A DNA stretch of 20,000 nt from Pseudomonadota bacterium (GTDB lineage Bacteria > Desulfobacterota > Desulfobacteria > Desulfobacterales > JBDRRP01): NCBI GenBank assembly GCA_043825735.1, contig JBDRRP010000071.1, positions 123,843 to 143,842 of the forward strand, in the 5' to 3' direction. The position numbers were made by a program, and so were the translations under genes. This document shows, one piece after another, positions 17,058 through 20,000 of the stretch. Within the stretch, counting starts at the first letter, position 1; each line of letters starts with the position of its first letter. Under the pieces are notes generated by a model. That model searched no databases and had not been told where the DNA came from. It was given only the letters and a program-made list of their open reading frames with translations.

Positions 17058-18641
17058 TTGAAAACGACGATCATTTTTCTCATGCTGTTGCTGGCGGGTT
17101 TTTCATCAACTTTTTCCGGCGCGGCTTTCGCCCTTTCAAAAGACATCGTGCTCGTCCTGGACAACTCGGGCAGCATGAAAAAAAATGACCCCCATTTTCT
17201 TTCCACCAAGGCCGTAACCACTTTTGTTGACGGGCTGTCGGACGACACCCGGCTGGCCATGATCATCTTCGACAAGGACGTGGATCTTGCCGTACCGTTG
17301 ACATCCGTCACCCATGACAGCCGGGAAAAGATTCTAAAGGGCCTTGAAAAGATCAATTTCCGCGGTCTGCTGACCAACAGCCCGGCCGCCATCGAACAGG
17401 CCATTTACGAGTTGAAAGTCAACGGCCGCGCCGACGCCAGAAAATCCATCGTTTTCATGACCGACGGCCTGGTCGATACCGGCGATGCCGCCAAAGATGC
17501 CGAAAAGAGTCTATGGCTCCGGGAGGATCTTACAAAGGCGGCCGCCGATGCCGATATCCGCATTTTCGGCATCGCCTTCACCAACAACGCCGACTACCAG
17601 TTGATTCAAACCCTGTCATCGAGAACCGGCGGGGCCTACTACCGGGCTCTTGACGCCACCGACATCGACCCCGTCTTTTTGAGAATCAAGGCGCACCTGG
17701 ATGTTGAACCCGAAACCGTCGAGGCGCCGCCGGCGGCAGAGATGCCGCCTCCGACACCGGTGGCCACATCTATCGCGCCGAGCGAACCCTTGCCGCCGGT
17801 CGCCACATCCATTGCGCCGAGCGCGGCCCCGCCACCGGTGGTCACATCCATCGCGGCGAGTCCACCGCCGGCACCGGACGCCGTTCCCTGGGCGGGCATC
17901 ATCATTGCCGCCATCGTCCTGGGCGCCATCGGTGTGATCGTCATTGTGGCGGCCCGAAGGAAAACGGCGGGCAAAAGTGCCGCCGGTGACGTCTGCCGTG
18001 ATACCGGTGCGCCGCAGGACATTCCCGAAGCGTATCTCATCGACCTGGGCCGCGTCACGGAGCAGGAAAAATACCCATTGACCAAACCGGTGACAATGGT
18101 TGGAAAACTGGCGGGCGGTGGCGGGCAGGGAGTCGACACGATCGTAATTAAAAAGAAAACCGTGAGCCGTCAGCATGCCTTCATCGAATACAGCGACCAC
18201 GCTTTTTGGGTGAAAGACAATGGCAGCCTAAACGGAACCTGCGTCAATGGCGTGAAACTCACCGAGCGGGTCCGGTTGAAACATGACGATAAAATCACCT
18301 TCGACACCTATGATTTCGAGTTCTCCATGCCCATGCTGCAGGATGCCGACAGCACCGTCTTCAGCGAATATGTTGCGCCGAGTGCCAGTGCCATCCCAGT
18401 GAGCACTCCCGTGAGCATTCCGGCGAGCACTCCAGTGAGCACTCCTGCGTGCACTCCTGAGAGTATTCCAGTGAGCACGGCGGCCCAGGAGAAAGACGAA
18501 ACTGACATGCTCGACGAAACGGCTTGCCCCAACCATCCATCGTGGAACGCCTCTGTTCAGTGCCAGAAGTGCGGCCACTCTTTCTGCAATAAGTGCATTA
18601 CCGTGAGTGAGGGCCTGATCGTCTGCACCGACTGTGCATAA
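17058..18641 (+). CDS. Single-pass membrane protein: signal peptide - vWA - Pro-rich repeats - TM - FHA - S/T-P repeats - B-box-like zinc finger
   Basis: TTG start 17058. vWA MIDAS LVLDNSGSM...MTDG. TM WAGIIIAAIVLGAIGVIVIVAARRK. FHA VGK...VSRQHA...DNGSLNGT.VNG. C-terminal C-x2-H-x8-C-x2-C-x4-C-x2-C-x9-C-x2-C. Confidence 0.88.
   Translation: MKTTIIFLMLLLAGFSSTFSGAAFALSKDIVLVLDNSGSMKKNDPHFLSTKAVTTFVDGLSDDTRLAMIIFDKDVDLAVPLTSVTHDSREKILKGLEKINFRGLLTNSPAAIEQAIYELKVNGRADARKSIVFMTDGLVDTGDAAKDAEKSLWLREDLTKAAADADIRIFGIAFTNNADYQLIQTLSSRTGGAYYRALDATDIDPVFLRIKAHLDVEPETVEAPPAAEMPPPTPVATSIAPSEPLPPVATSIAPSAAPPPVVTSIAASPPPAPDAVPWAGIIIAAIVLGAIGVIVIVAARRKTAGKSAAGDVCRDTGAPQDIPEAYLIDLGRVTEQEKYPLTKPVTMVGKLAGGGGQGVDTIVIKKKTVSRQHAFIEYSDHAFWVKDNGSLNGTCVNGVKLTERVRLKHDDKITFDTYDFEFSMPMLQDADSTVFSEYVAPSASAIPVSTPVSIPASTPVSTPACTPESIPVSTAAQEKDETDMLDETACPNHPSWNASVQCQKCGHSFCNKCITVSEGLIVCTDCA
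17745..17861 (+). repeat. 3 x 39-bp coding tandem repeat (xxPPVATSIAPS)
   Basis: PPPTPVATSIAPS / EPLPPVATSIAPS / AAPPPVVTSIAAS. Confidence 0.9.
18393..18476 (+). repeat. 7 x 12-bp coding tandem repeat ([T/I]P[V/A/E][S/C])
   Basis: ATCCCAGTGAGC ACTCCCGTGAGC ATTCCGGCGAGC ACTCCAGTGAGC ACTCCTGCGTGC ACTCCTGAGAGT ATTCCAGTGAGC. Confidence 0.9.
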
Positions 18642-18649
18642 AGTATGCT

Positions 18650-18733
18650 TTATTCAGCTAACCAGTTTTCAACGCGCGAATCCAGCCCCCGCATAAACTC
18701 CCGGACGTCTGCAGTAACCAGAACCAAGTCCAT
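18650..18733 (-). pseudogene. Remnant of the C-terminus of a second VapC/PIN toxin
   Basis: Translates to MDLVLVTADVREFMRGLDSRVENWLAE*, which matches the VapC C-terminal pattern LVTxxxREFxRxxxxxVENW. No N-terminal part is recognisable. Confidence 0.7.
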
Positions 18734-18800
18734 TAGAAGATTTTTTCATCCAGTTGTGCACGATTCTCAAGCTGCGGTTCACGCTGTTCCGTATTATGCT

Positions 18801-19160
18801 TCAGCGAAAATCAAGAGAGAGCTTGGCCGCTGCGGCTTCAAGACGCCTGTCTGCCGTCCACAAGGGCATTCCGGATAATCGCGCGGAAGCAAGAAGGTGG
18901 ACATCGACAAAACCGATGCCAAGCCCCATCAACCGGTGTTGATCGATAAAGAACGTAAACTCGTCAAAATCAAGGACTGGGGCCAAAGGAAGCGATTTGA
19001 GCAGTGACAGGATCTCGCTGCGGTTTTTTAGATTGCCACAGGCCAGTTCACCGATGATGAACCCATGGCAGGCCACCTCGCCGTCCATGAGCAGCCGTTC
19101 GAGCTTCCGATTCCCCTGGCGCAGATGTGTTACCCAAATCGAGGTGTCGACAAGGACCAT
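18801..19160 (-). CDS. vapC: VapC PIN-domain toxin
   Basis: MVLVDTSIW, IIGELACG, GIGFVDVHLLASA, LWTADRRL; 119 aa. Confidence 0.93.
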   Translation of the reverse strand: MVLVDTSIWVTHLRQGNRKLERLLMDGEVACHGFIIGELACGNLKNRSEILSLLKSLPLAPVLDFDEFTFFIDQHRLMGLGIGFVDVHLLASARLSGMPLWTADRRLEAAAAKLSLDFR

Positions 19161-19169
19161 GATTGACCG

Positions 19170-19361
19170 TTATCCGGTTCGGCGCCGGGGGATCGGCAGC
19201 AGAAGGCTTTCGGACCCGCCGAGCGCTGCCAGTCTTTTGGCGCTCTCGCGAGCGATCAACGCTTCAAGACCCAGCCGAACCAAGGCGGTTTTTTCTTTAA
19301 CGCCGGTCAGCATCGCGGCTTTTTCCAATATCTCGTCGTCGATATTCAGTGTCGTTCTCAT
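19170..19361 (-). CDS. vapB: VapB antitoxin (RHH-like)
   Basis: MRTTLNIDDEILEKA..LTGVKEKTALVRLGLEALIARESAKRLAALGG, directly upstream of vapC. Confidence 0.93.
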   Translation of the reverse strand: MRTTLNIDDEILEKAAMLTGVKEKTALVRLGLEALIARESAKRLAALGGSESLLLPIPRRRTG

Positions 19362-19397
19362 ATGCATCAATATGCATTATCGATGCATCGATGTCAA
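19362..19397 (-). promoter_or_regulatory. vapBC promoter with overlapping palindromic operator
   Basis: TTGACA (19397-92)-N17-CATATT (19374-69). ATGCAT at 19362, 19372 and 19383. 14-bp palindrome ATCGATGCATCGAT at 19379-92. Confidence 0.75.
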
Positions 19398-19461
19398 CCG
19401 GCGCTGTTGGTAAAAAGCAAGTGTGATGATAAAAGGCAATCGACAATCGCTGAGTTTTAGG

Positions 19462-19608
19462 TAGTGTCCATCCAGAAATGGTAGATTTTGGTTCAGAGCA
19501 AGGCTTGAGCATTTTGGAAACCGGAGGAATAGCGCGCTATTTCGAGGATTTCCAAAAGTGCGAAAACGCAGCTCTGGGCCAAAAGATGCCGTTTGTGGAT
19601 GGACACTA
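19462..19608. repeat. ~145-bp long-hairpin (MITE/ERIC-like) element, copy B, bounded by TA
   Basis: TA-GTGTCCATCCAGAAATGGTA ... TGCCGTTTGTGGATGGACAC-TA. Homologous to 2575-2718. Confidence 0.9.
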
Positions 19609-19970
19609 GGTAGCATTCGGGTTAACCACAATGCGGCAGAGTACCCACCCAAATCTGCCTTGACTTTGATCAACGACTTTGTTCTTAAGAACAATCTGCA
19701 CAACCTTCCTTAGTAGTGGCCGGGCTCGCTTTAGGGGCGAACTGAGCGGTTCCGGACGAGTTAGGATCGATAAAAACCAGCAATTCGGGCAACAGGGCGG
19801 TGCTGTCACCGCATGGAGGGGATCGGCGCATCTTTGCGGACAGGTGCGCCCAGAGCCAAAGGGTATAGGGGACGTTGTGGACTATAAACACTTTATGATT
19901 TACTTCCCTGTGCAGGTTGGAAATCATCGCTGCAGAATCAACTGAAAACCTGAGCATTGAGGAGTAGGCC

Positions 19971-20000
19971 ATGCCACGGGGAGCGCGGTTGGATGCGCCG
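19971..20000 (+). CDS. N-terminus of a probable HUH/Y1 (IS200-like / RAYT-like) transposase, truncated by window edge
   Basis: GAGGAG RBS, then MPRGARLDAP, the typical start of this Y1 transposase family. Only 10 codons are visible. Confidence 0.55.
   Translation, partial: MPRGARLDAP

Noticed and set aside
17745..18476. Tandem repeats as a possible CRISPR array
   Set aside because: In-frame, degenerate coding repeats without spacers, and no cas genes.
19606..19972. Short ORFs on both strands upstream of the putative transposase
   Set aside because: No recognisable motifs or convincing RBS. May be decayed sequence, but I cannot assign it.

Overview
GC-rich bacterial DNA. The gene content and intergenic repeat styles suggest a Desulfobacterales-like deltaproteobacterium (inference). 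In order, the window holds: the 3' part of a hybrid histidine kinase; cobT under a cobalamin riboswitch with a terminator; a minus-strand cluster (tandem USP, histone deacetylase-family enzyme, small Cys/His-rich protein, GT-C-like membrane protein); a putative beta-barrel protein; a YbjQ-YbjQ-M48 peptidase-FN3-like operon; a lipoprotein; a GAF-only protein and gap; two overlapping SPFH genes; a vWA-TM-FHA-zinc finger protein; a VapBC module with a remnant of a second VapC; and the first 10 codons of a probable HUH/Y1 (RAYT-like) transposase. The most notable features are the intergenic palindromic elements and the vWA/FHA transmembrane protein. Two diverged ~145-bp hairpins 17 kb apart show several compensatory base-pair changes, and one lies in the riboswitch-cobT leader. 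There is also a GTAG-headed REP doublet with a 30-bp hairpin nested inside it.
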